A stretch of DNA of 64,000 nucleotides, from positions 30,155 to 94,154 of the forward strand of contig JBIKPR010000001.1 of NCBI GenBank assembly GCA_044357345.1, given 5' to 3'. Source of the DNA: Bacteroidia bacterium. GTDB taxonomy: Bacteria > Bacteroidota > Bacteroidia > NS11-12g > UBA955. Position 1 is the stretch's first letter. Each line of letters starts with the position of its first letter. The notes below the pieces were generated by a model. That model searched no databases. It was not told the origin of the DNA and saw only the letters and a program-made list of their open reading frames with translations. This document shows positions 19,641-30,222 of this stretch, piece after piece. The position numbers and the translations under genes were made by a program.

Positions 19641-20312
19641 CTAATCAATTAAGCCATAATTTATGGCCTTTCTAATCAAACCGGCAGTATTTTTAACTTT
19701 CATTTTCGCAAACAACCTTCTTCTTAAATACATTATTGTTGAAGTTGGTAGTTTTAACATTTCATTCATCTCAAGTTGTGTGTACCCATCAGCAATCAAT
19801 CGAATCATTTGCATATCAGCCTCATCTAAGTGAAGGTCATCAGGCTTTAAACTTATCTTCTTTTTGAGTACATTTTTAGAGTACTTTAACAAGCTCTCTG
19901 TATCAAAGTACTTAGATCCTTTAACCATCTTAATTAATGCAAACTCAAGTTCTTCCTCACTGCAATCTTTCTTCAGAAAACCAGAAGCATTAATCCTCAA
20001 TGCTTCTTGAATTCCATTCTCGGCATTTTCATCAGATAAAAGCAATATAGACGTGTATTTACTCCCCTTCACAATCTTTTCTAAATGCTTAATAGCTTCT
20101 TTACTTTTAAAGCTTGAGTCAAGAATAATAATTCTAAATTTAAGCATGTCGGTTTCGGCGAACTCAGAACCAGACTTAAACAAATTAATATCAGCATTTT
20201 CAAAACCTTTAAAATTGCGAACTATATTTTTCAAACCTATACCAAGTATTCCTTGATGATCTAAAATTGCTATACTAATTGGAATTGAAATTTCTTTCGA
20301 TGGATTTGACAT
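19641..20312 (-). CDS. LuxR/FixJ-type response-regulator-like transcription factor (receiver-like N-domain + C-terminal HTH)
   Basis: C-terminal LuxR-type HTH (LEMNEMLKLPTSTIMYLRRRLFAKMKV). The N-terminal receiver-like fold has ILD motifs, but canonical phospho-acceptor positions are unclear. It is flanked by 350- and 460-bp AT-rich intergenic regions. Confidence 0.5.
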   Translation of the reverse strand: MSNPSKEISIPISIAILDHQGILGIGLKNIVRNFKGFENADINLFKSGSEFAETDMLKFRIIILDSSFKSKEAIKHLEKIVKGSKYTSILLLSDENAENGIQEALRINASGFLKKDCSEEELEFALIKMVKGSKYFDTESLLKYSKNVLKKKISLKPDDLHLDEADMQMIRLIADGYTQLEMNEMLKLPTSTIMYLRRRLFAKMKVKNTAGLIRKAINYGLID

Positions 20313-20752
20313 AATTAGGTATTAATATTAATTTTTATTGTGTTGTTGAGTCTTAATTTTATAAAAGTTTCCTTAATTGATAGCGTTCTTATAGCTTATT
20401 CTATTTCGAAAATAAAATTTAAATACATTTCTAACACCTCGTATTCGACTAATTATCAGACAATAAATAAATTCACTTTCATTTGAAGAATTAAAAAAAA
20501 CTTAAAACCTATCAATTAATCTGCGAAATTAAGTTTAATCTTTATAATTTAAAAATCAATACTTAACAGAATTTTATAATACTTATATCACTAAAATAAA
20601 TTAATTAAAATAAATACCTTATTTATGTTTAATTTCAATCCTATATTTTAATATAATTCAACGATTTCAAAAAATAATATTTGATTGTATTCCAATTATA
20701 AAGACTCTAAATTCTGATTACTTTAATCTATTTCAAAACCAAACAATTGACT

Positions 20753-20760
20753 ATTTTTGA
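20753..20760 (+). promoter_or_regulatory. candidate -7 box (TATTTTTG) upstream of GAF-domain gene
   Basis: Matches TAnnTTTG 11 nt upstream of ATG 20771. Confidence 0.3.
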
Positions 20761-20770
20761 AATTTAATTC

Positions 20771-21226
20771 ATGGAAACTAAAGAAACAAAATACGAAAGA
20801 CTAATTCCTCAAATCGAAAGTTTGATTGATCATCAATGCAACGAAATAGCCAATTACGCCAATGTTGCTGCAGCAATTCAAGCTGAATTTAAACATTGGT
20901 GGTGCGGATTTTATTTTGTTAACGCAAACAATCAACTAGAACTTGGCCCTTTTCAAGGACCTGTGGCATGCACGCTAATTGAATTCAATAAAGGAGTGTG
21001 TGGTACGTCCTGGGCTAAGAAAGAAGCAATTGTAGTGCCCGATGTGCACAAATTCGAAGGACATATAGCCTGTTCATCTGAGAGCAACTCAGAAATTGTG
21101 GTTCCTATTTTAAAAAACGGGATTGTTCATGCAGTGCTTGACCTCGATAGCACCGAATACAATACCTTCGATGCCATAGATGAAAAATACCTTATTCAAA
21201 TAGCTGATCTGCTTTCTAATTGCTAG
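20771..21226 (+). CDS. GAF-domain free methionine-(R)-sulfoxide reductase-like protein
   Basis: 151-aa single GAF domain with conserved cysteines (CTLIEFNKGVCGTSW ... HIACSSESNSEIVVPI), as in fRMsr/YebR proteins. Confidence 0.65.
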   Translation: METKETKYERLIPQIESLIDHQCNEIANYANVAAAIQAEFKHWWCGFYFVNANNQLELGPFQGPVACTLIEFNKGVCGTSWAKKEAIVVPDVHKFEGHIACSSESNSEIVVPILKNGIVHAVLDLDSTEYNTFDAIDEKYLIQIADLLSNC

Positions 21227-24200
21227 CGCTTAATCGTTTCAACTGAATTGCTATTTAACAATATACCTTTGGTATAAAACGATTCCGTTAAATCAAGATT
21301 ACCTCCATATGTATTAATCCAATCTAGATATTCATCATTGTTCATAAAACATACTTTATCACTTAGATTTAATCCACTTAAATCACCACTCAACCAACGG
21401 CCAACTTTCAAACCATTCTCATACATACCAATAGCTTCTGGTTGTCCGAAATTATTATAGTAAATCCAAATCCCCTGCTTTTTATTGTTGATGATTTGCC
21501 CCTCTTTGAGCTTATGACCACTTGCTTGTAACTCAGTTATAAAACCATTGCCATCTTTTAAAATATTTTGGCCACTGGTATCATAAAAGGCCATGTAGTA
21601 ATCTTCTTCAGTTGGTATTTCTGTCTCGCTCTCACAGGTATATTTGGTGTTATTATCTGTTGCATAACCTATGAACATTGGCTTGCCATCATCATAGTAA
21701 GCTTTCACATATCCTCTTGATAAAACTGTATCATTATCAACAACATACAAAAACGAATCTTTAAAATCTATTGTTTTATAAACCCTATTTTTACCTTCTC
21801 TGAAGAATGTCCATTTACCACTTAACTCATTACTTATTTTATAACCTTGTTTGAACACCATACCGCTTTTATAATAATAAGTGTAAAGTCCTCTTTTAAA
21901 ATAAGGCGATTCAAAAAGTTGGTCGATAAATTCGTACCCAGTTATGACTTTACTAAGAACTTTATTATTGTCTGCTCGCCTATAAGAACTTAAATCAACT
22001 TCTTCATAATCATCACTATAATGAGACGAATAAGATGATCCTGAAGAATTGTATTTTTTACTTTTATATTCACTTAATTTATATATTGGCTTTAAGGCCG
22101 TAAAAAACATACTGTCATTCTTGTCAAAATCTACCGTGAACTTCAAGTTGTCCGTATCGCGGTAAAAAGAATATCTACCACTTAAATAGCCATGGTCAAA
22201 GGTATATTTTTCTTTCAAATATTTCGCCGTGTCCCGATACCATTCATTGTAGTTAAAGTATTTTACTATTTCACCGTGCGGAATGCCTTTATTAAATCGA
22301 CCATGGTAAATAGGATACCCATTTTTGCGCAAGCGCCAGAATTCACCATTAACAGTATCATTCTCCATAGGGTAAACATAATTGAGGAATTGAAATGAAT
22401 TGGATTCAGAAAATCGGTATTGCATTCCGTTCAATTTATTTTGATGAAAAGTATATTGGCTTTTTGAAGATCCATAGTTATTTGGCTCAATATACCATTG
22501 TCCCTCCTTCATGCCATTAACATATGTTATCATAGATGGTGTTGTGATTGAAAAATGTTTTTCCTTCATTTTCGCATTCCATCTTTTGTTTAATTTATAA
22601 ATCTTCATCTCCAAATCGTCGTTCAATCTATTGTCATAATAGGTACTTGATACTGACCAATAATCAAATATATCTATACACCTTATAGAACCATTAAAAG
22701 CCCCATCTATTACAGTGTAATTGATCTCGGCCGAAGGCGGAATTAACTTGCTTTTATATCGCTTTAATATTTTTTTACTTTGCTCTAATTTTATTACAAT
22801 CTCAAGTCGCTTTTGCAATCCAAAGAATTCTAAAATTTCAAACAATTGAGCCTTCAATTTCTTTGGATTTCTTTTGTAATCTATTTCTACTTTAATATCG
22901 CCTGTATATTGCTCTTTGCCTAATAAAATTGATTTATGCTGTTGAGGCAATACTTTAAAAAACTGTAAAATCATTCCATTCAATTCATAGTCTTCGTTGT
23001 ATTCATTTTCAAGAAGATATGATTCAAATCCTGACTTAAAATGCTCATCTTGTTTGTAGAGGAACTTTCCTCTTTTCATAATAGTATCAACCAACATTAA
23101 AGTATCGTACTTCAAGGGGACTTTTATAAGCTTTACGATACTGCCGTTGCTTTTATCTCCTGAAACTTTGTATCTAATAGAACTATTCAAACTCCTTCCT
23201 TTTATCCATTGAACATCATTATAATCATAATCCAAAGGCTCATAATATTGCTTTGTGACTAGAGCTTTGTGACTCTCGTATGTTTTGCTGTAAACAAATG
23301 TATTTTTTTCACTTGGGTTTAATTCAAAATATTTAGTGGTTTTGTACAAGTCTGTGATTTCCCCTTTTCGGTTATAAGTTTTTTGAATCAAAAGTTGGGC
23401 ACAATAGTTATTGGAATTTGGATAATCATTTGATTTATCACTACAGCTGTCAAGAAGATATTGTGATTCAACGCCTCTTATGTATCCTTCTCTTTTGGTT
23501 CTATAAAACCTTCCATCGATAATGGTATCTTTAATACTTTCCCCATTTTTGTAAAAATCAGGTTTTATCCAAGCATCAATTCTAAATGTTTTATCAACTA
23601 AAACGCCATTTTTGTAATTGTAACGAATAAGGGAAATTTGAGATGATGAGCGGCCACTATACCTATCAACAGAAACATCAGGGAATATTGCAATTGTTTT
23701 ATAATCAGGAAATTGCTTGATCACACTGTCCCTTCCATAAATATATTTATTTACAATTATGTTGTTATGGTATATTTCCTGTGCACACTCTTTGTTTTTA
23801 GTATAAAAAGAAACCTCCAAGTCATTATCTCTATTGTAATTTGTGGTCCATCTTCCTTCTCTCTCATCTTTAAGGTAGGTCCCTTCGGAAACACTAAATA
23901 GCTTGATTTTTTTCTTATCTTTCCAATAAACAAAGTGTTTGTATAGCCCGCTTTTTAAGCCCTGATCCACTGTAATTTCATCCACCAACAAAGTATCCCC
24001 TTTAACATATTGATAAACCCTAAGATTCCCACTCAGTATACCATTAACATAGTTCAATTCAAATTTAGAACCATCGTATTTTACACGGTTCTTATACAAT
24101 ATATAATGCTTGTAATCGATTGAATAATCTTCGTTATCCATGTCACCACCCCAACTACGTCTATAATTGGATTTATTATTCTGGTAAATGGTAAAATGGC

Positions 24201-24609
24201 CATCAATTAAGTCATTCTTATAAGGAATAACACATTTTACAGTTTGGGAAAACATGGTATATATGGAGGCATTACCCTCCTTCTTGTTGTTTTTAATGGT
24301 AAAAGTTGAATATACCTGATAAACCGTATCATAAACGATTTCTTTGGCAATTTTTCTTTTGTTTTTTAACGCAAAATTGGTATTATAAATCAAGTATTCT
24401 CCATCTTCCACGCTGCCAATTATGGGTGGTAAATTAAGGTTGTTAAACCTAAGCTGCCCCAACTGAAAATAAACATTCGAATTATAGCTATCAATGGTTT
24501 GAGGATATACTTTGTAAAGCTTTCCGTGAAAACTTGCTGTTTTTTGAGAAAAAGCTGAAAAACCAAGGAGAAAACTGAATAATAAGAGGGTGGTTTTGAT
24601 TAATTTCAT
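21223..24609 (-). CDS. large secreted protein with MORN-variant (YwqK-like) repeats
   Basis: Signal peptide MKLIKTTLLLFSFLLGFSAFSQ (ATG 24609; the track start is further upstream). About 1128 aa, Tyr/Asn/Lys-rich. It has recurring G-x-W-x-x-Y/NG repeats (NKKQGIWIYYNNFG, NGLKVGRWLSGD). No T9SS CTD. Confidence 0.55.
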   Translation of the reverse strand: MKLIKTTLLLFSFLLGFSAFSQKTASFHGKLYKVYPQTIDSYNSNVYFQLGQLRFNNLNLPPIIGSVEDGEYLIYNTNFALKNKRKIAKEIVYDTVYQVYSTFTIKNNKKEGNASIYTMFSQTVKCVIPYKNDLIDGHFTIYQNNKSNYRRSWGGDMDNEDYSIDYKHYILYKNRVKYDGSKFELNYVNGILSGNLRVYQYVKGDTLLVDEITVDQGLKSGLYKHFVYWKDKKKIKLFSVSEGTYLKDEREGRWTTNYNRDNDLEVSFYTKNKECAQEIYHNNIIVNKYIYGRDSVIKQFPDYKTIAIFPDVSVDRYSGRSSSQISLIRYNYKNGVLVDKTFRIDAWIKPDFYKNGESIKDTIIDGRFYRTKREGYIRGVESQYLLDSCSDKSNDYPNSNNYCAQLLIQKTYNRKGEITDLYKTTKYFELNPSEKNTFVYSKTYESHKALVTKQYYEPLDYDYNDVQWIKGRSLNSSIRYKVSGDKSNGSIVKLIKVPLKYDTLMLVDTIMKRGKFLYKQDEHFKSGFESYLLENEYNEDYELNGMILQFFKVLPQQHKSILLGKEQYTGDIKVEIDYKRNPKKLKAQLFEILEFFGLQKRLEIVIKLEQSKKILKRYKSKLIPPSAEINYTVIDGAFNGSIRCIDIFDYWSVSSTYYDNRLNDDLEMKIYKLNKRWNAKMKEKHFSITTPSMITYVNGMKEGQWYIEPNNYGSSKSQYTFHQNKLNGMQYRFSESNSFQFLNYVYPMENDTVNGEFWRLRKNGYPIYHGRFNKGIPHGEIVKYFNYNEWYRDTAKYLKEKYTFDHGYLSGRYSFYRDTDNLKFTVDFDKNDSMFFTALKPIYKLSEYKSKKYNSSGSSYSSHYSDDYEEVDLSSYRRADNNKVLSKVITGYEFIDQLFESPYFKRGLYTYYYKSGMVFKQGYKISNELSGKWTFFREGKNRVYKTIDFKDSFLYVVDNDTVLSRGYVKAYYDDGKPMFIGYATDNNTKYTCESETEIPTEEDYYMAFYDTSGQNILKDGNGFITELQASGHKLKEGQIINNKKQGIWIYYNNFGQPEAIGMYENGLKVGRWLSGDLSGLNLSDKVCFMNNDEYLDWINTYGGNLDLTESFYTKGILLNSNSVETIKR

Positions 24610-24723
24610 ATAATTGGTAACAATAAAAATAAGTAACGCAAGATACTTTAAATTAGTATGTTTTAGGCCCTTGATTATTTCCGCCGTGGACATACTAACA
24701 AAAAACGTTACCTTTGTGACCAA

Positions 24724-26043
24724 ATGTCAAGAATAGTCGCCATAGTAGGCAGACCCAATGTCGGTAAATCAACCTTGTTCAATCGTCTAACCGGCGAAAG
24801 AAAAGCAATTGTTGATGATTTTAGTGGAGTAACGCGTGATAGACACTACGGTGATAGCGAGTGGAATGGTCAATCTTTTACAGTAATAGATACCGGAGGA
24901 TACGTTAAAGACAGCAAAGATATATTTGAATCCGCTATCCGCGAACAGGTTCAAATTGCTGTTGAGGAGGCCGCAGTTGTAATATTTATGGCTGATGTGC
25001 AAACAGATGTGACAGAACTAGATTCACAATTTGCAAATATTTTAAGAAAATCAAATAAGCCTGTTATAATGGTTGTCAATAAAGTTGATAACCACGATCA
25101 AATTCCAGAAACAGCCGTTTTTTACCGATTAGGATTTCAAGAAATTTTCGCCATATCCTCTGCTACAGGTAGCGGAACAGGTGAATTGTTAGACAAATTG
25201 GTTGAACTGCTTCCTGCTGATGATGGCAAAGAATTTGATGATGAAAACCTTGGTGAACTTCCAAAAATAGCAATCGTAGGTAGACCAAACGTAGGAAAAT
25301 CATCTTTTGTAAATTCTTTGGTGGGTTACAATAGAAACATTGTTACAGATATTGCAGGAACCACTAGAGATTCTATCCATACACGTTACAATGCATTTGG
25401 CAAAGACTTGGTTTTAATTGACACTGCAGGTATTAGAAAAAAATCAAAAGTTGAAGAAAATATAGAGTTCTATTCAGTTATGCGCAGCTTGCGTGCAATT
25501 GAAAATTGTAATGTTTGTATCGTAATGTTGGATGCATTACAAGGTATTGAGTCGCAAGACATGAACTTGTTGTTTTTAGCCCATAGACACGGTAAAGGAA
25601 TTATGATTTTAGTGAACAAATGGGATTTGTACGACAAAGGAAACAATACTGCCAAGGAGTATGAAGAACATATTAAAAAAAGAACCGCACCTTTTGTAGA
25701 TTATCCTGTTGTGTTTATTAGTGCGCTTAACAAGCAGCGTATTTTCCAAGCTATGGAAACGGCTGTTAAAGTGCACGAAAACATGTCCAACCGTGTTAAA
25801 ACAAGCAAACTAAACGAATTAATGTTGCCGATTGTTAAGAATACGCCTCCTCCAGGGGTTAAAGGTAAAACCATTTCAATCAAGTATATCCAACAGTTGC
25901 CTTCTAAATCGGTGTGCTTTGCTTTCTTCTGTAACTTACCTCAGTATATAAGTGAATCTTACAAACGATTCTTGGAAAATCAATTGCGTCAAAACTTTGA
26001 CTTCAACGGAGTTCCAATTAAGATTTTCTTTAGAAAAAAATAA
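24724..26043 (+). CDS. der: ribosome biogenesis GTPase Der (EngA)
   Basis: Two tandem GTPase domains, each with GRPNVGKS P-loop, DTGG/DTAG and NKxD motifs, plus a C-terminal KH-like domain. Confidence 0.95.
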   Translation: MSRIVAIVGRPNVGKSTLFNRLTGERKAIVDDFSGVTRDRHYGDSEWNGQSFTVIDTGGYVKDSKDIFESAIREQVQIAVEEAAVVIFMADVQTDVTELDSQFANILRKSNKPVIMVVNKVDNHDQIPETAVFYRLGFQEIFAISSATGSGTGELLDKLVELLPADDGKEFDDENLGELPKIAIVGRPNVGKSSFVNSLVGYNRNIVTDIAGTTRDSIHTRYNAFGKDLVLIDTAGIRKKSKVEENIEFYSVMRSLRAIENCNVCIVMLDALQGIESQDMNLLFLAHRHGKGIMILVNKWDLYDKGNNTAKEYEEHIKKRTAPFVDYPVVFISALNKQRIFQAMETAVKVHENMSNRVKTSKLNELMLPIVKNTPPPGVKGKTISIKYIQQLPSKSVCFAFFCNLPQYISESYKRFLENQLRQNFDFNGVPIKIFFRKK

Positions 26044-26044
26044 T

Positions 26045-26443
26045 TTAAGTTCCCTTTTTCTTAAAACCTAAAGATACGCTGTTGATGCAATAGCGCAATC
26101 CTGTTGGGGTTCCATGCCCATCTGTAAAGACATGTCCTAAGTGTCCTTGACAATTTGAACACAGCACTTCAACACGGTGCATACCATGGCTATAGTCGGG
26201 CTTTTCAAGGACCTTTGATTTGTCAATTGACTCATAAAAACTAGGCCATCCGCAACCAGCATCAAATTTTGTCTTTGACTCAAATAACACTTGATTGCAT
26301 CCTTTGCAAATGTATTCGCCCTCTTCCCAAAACTTATTGTAAGTCCCCGTATGAGGCCTTTCGGTACCTTTTTGCCTTAAAACTCTATAAGACTCCTCAC
26401 CTAGTTCTGCCTTCCATTCTTCTTCAGTCTTTTGAATACTCAT
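26045..26443 (-). CDS. msrB: peptide-methionine (R)-S-oxide reductase
   Basis: Two CxxC zinc pairs (CKGCNQ ... CSNCQGH) and the catalytic RYCINS motif. Start was moved to ATG 26443 ([10 protein letters not shown]). Confidence 0.9.
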   Translation of the reverse strand: MSIQKTEEEWKAELGEESYRVLRQKGTERPHTGTYNKFWEEGEYICKGCNQVLFESKTKFDAGCGWPSFYESIDKSKVLEKPDYSHGMHRVEVLCSNCQGHLGHVFTDGHGTPTGLRYCINSVSLGFKKKGT

Positions 26444-26620
26444 TTGTACAAATTTAAAGTTATTATTTCTATTGTTGTACTTGTCCAACAATTCAAAATC
26501 ATAATAGTTTAGTGTACAATATTTTTTTGCTAAACAATCTGTAAACTTTATTTTTGAACAAATTACAAAACTCAATTTTAAGTGTTTAAAAACATTGAAT
26601 GCTTACAATTGAAAATCAAT

Positions 26621-28087
26621 ATGAGTGCAAGTATATTTTTTGCTGTGATCTTTTCCTATTTCACCGCTTTAATAATTATCAGTAGAATTACCGCTAAAAA
26701 AGCAGATTCTGCTTCCTATTTTATCGGCAACAAACAATCACCATGGTACCTTGTTGCTTTTGGTATGCTAAGCGATTCTCTTAGCGGCGTTACCTATATA
26801 TCTGTTCCTGGCGCTGTGCTCAACAACTCCTTGACCTATCTCCAAGTTGTTATTGGTTACTTCTTAGGTTACTTTGTTATTATGTTCATTTTGTTGCCAC
26901 TGTATTACAGACTTGAATTGGTTTCAATATATACCTATTTGCAACAACGCTTTGGAAAAAACGCTCAAAAAACCGGTTCATTTTTCTTCTTAATTTCACG
27001 TCTTTTGGGCGCTGGTGGAAGGCTCACTTTGGCCATTGGCGTTATGCAACTATTCGTATTCAATGGCTATGGAATTCCCTTTCCATTGACCGCTGCTGTT
27101 TTTATCGGTTTAATGTTGCTTTATACCTACAAGGGAGGCATTAAAACATTGGTTTATACGGATGCATTTCAATCTCTATTTCTAATTCTTGGCGTTGTTT
27201 TATCAATTGTAGCAATTGCTACTCAGTTAAATTATAATTTCTCAGATTTATTTGAAACCATTAGACACAGCAGTTTAAATAAAGTTATAGAAACAGATTA
27301 TCTAAAAGGCAATTTTTGGGCAAAACACATTTTAGGTGGTGCTTTGTTTACTGTCGCAATGACTGGCCTTGATCAAAACATGATGCAAAAAAACTTAAGC
27401 TTAAAATCGCTAGGTGAGGCCAGAAAAAACATGTTTTGGTTTAGTCTTGTAATGGTCATAGTAAATATACTTTTCCTTTCATTGGGCGTTTTACTGTACC
27501 ATTTTGCACTTGCAAAAGGAATCCAAATTCCGGAAGTAAGTGACAATGTTTTTCCAACACTTGCACTTGGATACTTTGGAACTTTTACAGCTTTAGCATT
27601 TATAATTGGTTTAACAGCGGCCACATTCAGCAGTGCTGATTCAGTATTAGCAACACTAACCACTTCTTTTTGTATAGACTTTTTAGGCTTTGGAATGAAT
27701 GCAAAATATGGAGAAAATCAACAAACTAAAATTAGACATTGGGTGCATATTGGCTTTGCATTTGTGCTGCTTTTAGTCATTGTTTTCATCAAATATGCAT
27801 TTAGTTCAAAGGCTAGCATTGATGTTATTTTAAGCATGGCGTCCTTAACCTATGGACCTTTAATTGGCTTATTTGCTGCAGGATTATTCACCAAGCACAC
27901 ATATAACGACCGGCTAATCCCCTTGGTATGTCTAATATCTCCAGTTATCAGTTATTTCCTTCAACAAAATGGAAAAGCCTGGTTTGGCGGATACCAATTT
28001 GGCAACGAAATTATTTTTATTAATGGTTTTTTAACCTTTATATTTTTGTTATTATTGAAAAGAAAAAAACGCTCTACACCACTATGA
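26621..28087 (+). CDS. sodium:solute symporter family transporter
   Basis: About 13 hydrophobic helices with the SSF-type N-terminal region (YFIGNKQSPWYLVAFGMLSDSLSGVTYISVPGAV). Start at ATG 26621. Confidence 0.75.
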   Translation: MSASIFFAVIFSYFTALIIISRITAKKADSASYFIGNKQSPWYLVAFGMLSDSLSGVTYISVPGAVLNNSLTYLQVVIGYFLGYFVIMFILLPLYYRLELVSIYTYLQQRFGKNAQKTGSFFFLISRLLGAGGRLTLAIGVMQLFVFNGYGIPFPLTAAVFIGLMLLYTYKGGIKTLVYTDAFQSLFLILGVVLSIVAIATQLNYNFSDLFETIRHSSLNKVIETDYLKGNFWAKHILGGALFTVAMTGLDQNMMQKNLSLKSLGEARKNMFWFSLVMVIVNILFLSLGVLLYHFALAKGIQIPEVSDNVFPTLALGYFGTFTALAFIIGLTAATFSSADSVLATLTTSFCIDFLGFGMNAKYGENQQTKIRHWVHIGFAFVLLLVIVFIKYAFSSKASIDVILSMASLTYGPLIGLFAAGLFTKHTYNDRLIPLVCLISPVISYFLQQNGKAWFGGYQFGNEIIFINGFLTFIFLLLLKRKKRSTPL

Positions 28088-30204
28088 AAGCCAAAAACAT
28101 TAAACATTCTCTTTATTTCTTATTGCTATTTCTTTTAGCATGCTCCGGTCCAAGAATACACATTCCTAGTGCATACGAAACAAAAGCTGTTTTCCAAGGA
28201 GAAGAAGAGGTAAATGTTGGCCCAAACAATATCTCAGAAGCTGGTGATTTGGCAGAAGAATTTCCAGAAGAAAGCATAATCAACGACCGAATTAAAGTAA
28301 CTGTAGATTTTGCTTTTAATGACAAATATGATTCATCGTTATACTATAAGCAATACATCTCTGTAAATAAAAAAGCAGACAGCTTGGCAAGAATAGAGAA
28401 AGCCAAAAAATCCACAAATAAAAGTAAACCTGAATTAACCGAACACCCAATACCAGATGGTCAGGTTTTTATGACTTCAACTTACGAGTATGAATACAAA
28501 ACCATTCGTGATTTTGTTGAAGAACCTATTGTTTTACATTACAATTCTATGGTTTCTGTAAGTAAATTTTATGCTAAAATTGACAACAATTCTGCCAACC
28601 TTAAAAAACGTGATGAAAGCAACGATGGTTATATGTACTTCAAAACCGATAGCCGTTACAAAATCTATGATTTAAATTTGCCAATTAGAGGTACTGAGGT
28701 AAGTTACGAATACACAGAAGAATGTAGAGACGCTAAATTTAATAGTGTAATGTATGTGGCTGATGACCATTTCACTCAAAAGAAAATTATAAAAATTGCT
28801 CTACATGATTATTTAAAATTTGACATTATAGAAAAGAACTTTGAAGGTCTTATTTACACAAAAGATACTGTTTTAGAATACCCCAAAAGTGGTGCTAATA
28901 AGGAAAAAATAAAGTACTTAGTTTACACTTTTAAACGCCTAAAAGGTTTCCAAAATTATGAATCTGATCGTGGTCCTTCGTATAACTACCCTATGCTATA
29001 CTTCCAGTTTAAGTCAGCATCTAAAAATGGAAGAACCCACCAAATACTCAACAATACCGACGATTTATACAGATGGTACAGATTGGTATCTTCTAATTTA
29101 ACCAATGACACTTCTGTATTTGCACAATTCACCAAGAATTTGGTTAAAGACAAAAAAACAGACGAAGACAAAATCAAAACAGTTTTTTATTGGATTCAAG
29201 ACAATATTCGCTACATCGCTTTCGAAGATGGAATTGCAGGTTTTAGACCAGATGAATGCGCAGATGTATTTAGAAAAAGATACGGCGATTGCAAAGGCAT
29301 GGCCAATTTGACCAAAAATATGTTAAAGGTTCTAGGCTATGATGCAAGAATGGTATGGATAGGAACCAAACACCAAAACTTTAGCTATGATCAACCGGGT
29401 ATGCCTGTCGACAACCATGCAATTTGCGCGGTTAAACTCAATGGTAAATTTGTATTTTTAGATGGTACCGAAAACTATATAGCAATGTATGACTATGCCA
29501 ACAGAATTCAGGGCCGCAAATGCATAGTTGAGAACGGGGAGAATTACAGCATTGAAACCATACCAGAATGGGGCTATGAGCACAATGAGGCTTACAGCAA
29601 TGAAACTATAACTATAAATGGACTGTTGTTGAACAGCCACGTTAAAAAGACGTTTAATGGCGAAAGCAAACTAGACCTCATTCGGGGTTTTAACTATTTA
29701 GAAACCGAAAGCAAAACTGAAGTTTTATACAATTATTTAAAAGACAATAACATCAATTTCAAAATAAGCAATATTGTTTCTAGTGATTTGGGAAACAGAG
29801 ACATTGTTCCTGAAATTTCTTATGACTTAAACATACAAAATCAAATCATCAAAGGCAATGACCGATTGTATGTAAATATTGAATGGGAAAGAGATTTTGA
29901 TGGTGTATGGTTTGATTCAACTAGAAGCGTGGACTTAGATCTTGGTCATAAAAATTATGTTAAACGAATTGTAACAATCAATTTAAACAAAGACCAAAAA
30001 GTACTTTCATTGCCAACAGCTTTAAATATTGACAATGAATATTATGCATTCAAATTGGAAATGAAGGTCGTTGGAAATACAATCATATACAACAAAACCA
30101 TCCTCAACAAAAAGGATTACTTGCCTAGTTCAATGTTAAAAAAATTTATGGATGATTGCAAAAAGCTCTCTTCTTTCTACAATACTTATATTGAAATTCA
30201 ATAA
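28084..30204 (+). CDS. lipoprotein with C-terminal transglutaminase-like cysteine-protease core
   Basis: Lipobox LLACSG. The C-terminus carries the Cys (YGDCKGMANL), His (DNHAICAV) and Asp (FLDGTE) of the transglutaminase-like fold. ATGA overlap with the upstream transporter. Confidence 0.65.
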   Translation: MKAKNIKHSLYFLLLFLLACSGPRIHIPSAYETKAVFQGEEEVNVGPNNISEAGDLAEEFPEESIINDRIKVTVDFAFNDKYDSSLYYKQYISVNKKADSLARIEKAKKSTNKSKPELTEHPIPDGQVFMTSTYEYEYKTIRDFVEEPIVLHYNSMVSVSKFYAKIDNNSANLKKRDESNDGYMYFKTDSRYKIYDLNLPIRGTEVSYEYTEECRDAKFNSVMYVADDHFTQKKIIKIALHDYLKFDIIEKNFEGLIYTKDTVLEYPKSGANKEKIKYLVYTFKRLKGFQNYESDRGPSYNYPMLYFQFKSASKNGRTHQILNNTDDLYRWYRLVSSNLTNDTSVFAQFTKNLVKDKKTDEDKIKTVFYWIQDNIRYIAFEDGIAGFRPDECADVFRKRYGDCKGMANLTKNMLKVLGYDARMVWIGTKHQNFSYDQPGMPVDNHAICAVKLNGKFVFLDGTENYIAMYDYANRIQGRKCIVENGENYSIETIPEWGYEHNEAYSNETITINGLLLNSHVKKTFNGESKLDLIRGFNYLETESKTEVLYNYLKDNNINFKISNIVSSDLGNRDIVPEISYDLNIQNQIIKGNDRLYVNIEWERDFDGVWFDSTRSVDLDLGHKNYVKRIVTINLNKDQKVLSLPTALNIDNEYYAFKLEMKVVGNTIIYNKTILNKKDYLPSSMLKKFMDDCKKLSSFYNTYIEIQ

Positions 30205-30222
30205 CTAAAACTCGAAATCAAA

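Noticed and set aside
26045-26575. Longer 176-aa version of msrB starting at 26575
   Set aside because: The extra 44 N-terminal residues are not part of the conserved MsrB domain; the internal ATG at 26443 gives a canonical about 130-aa enzyme.
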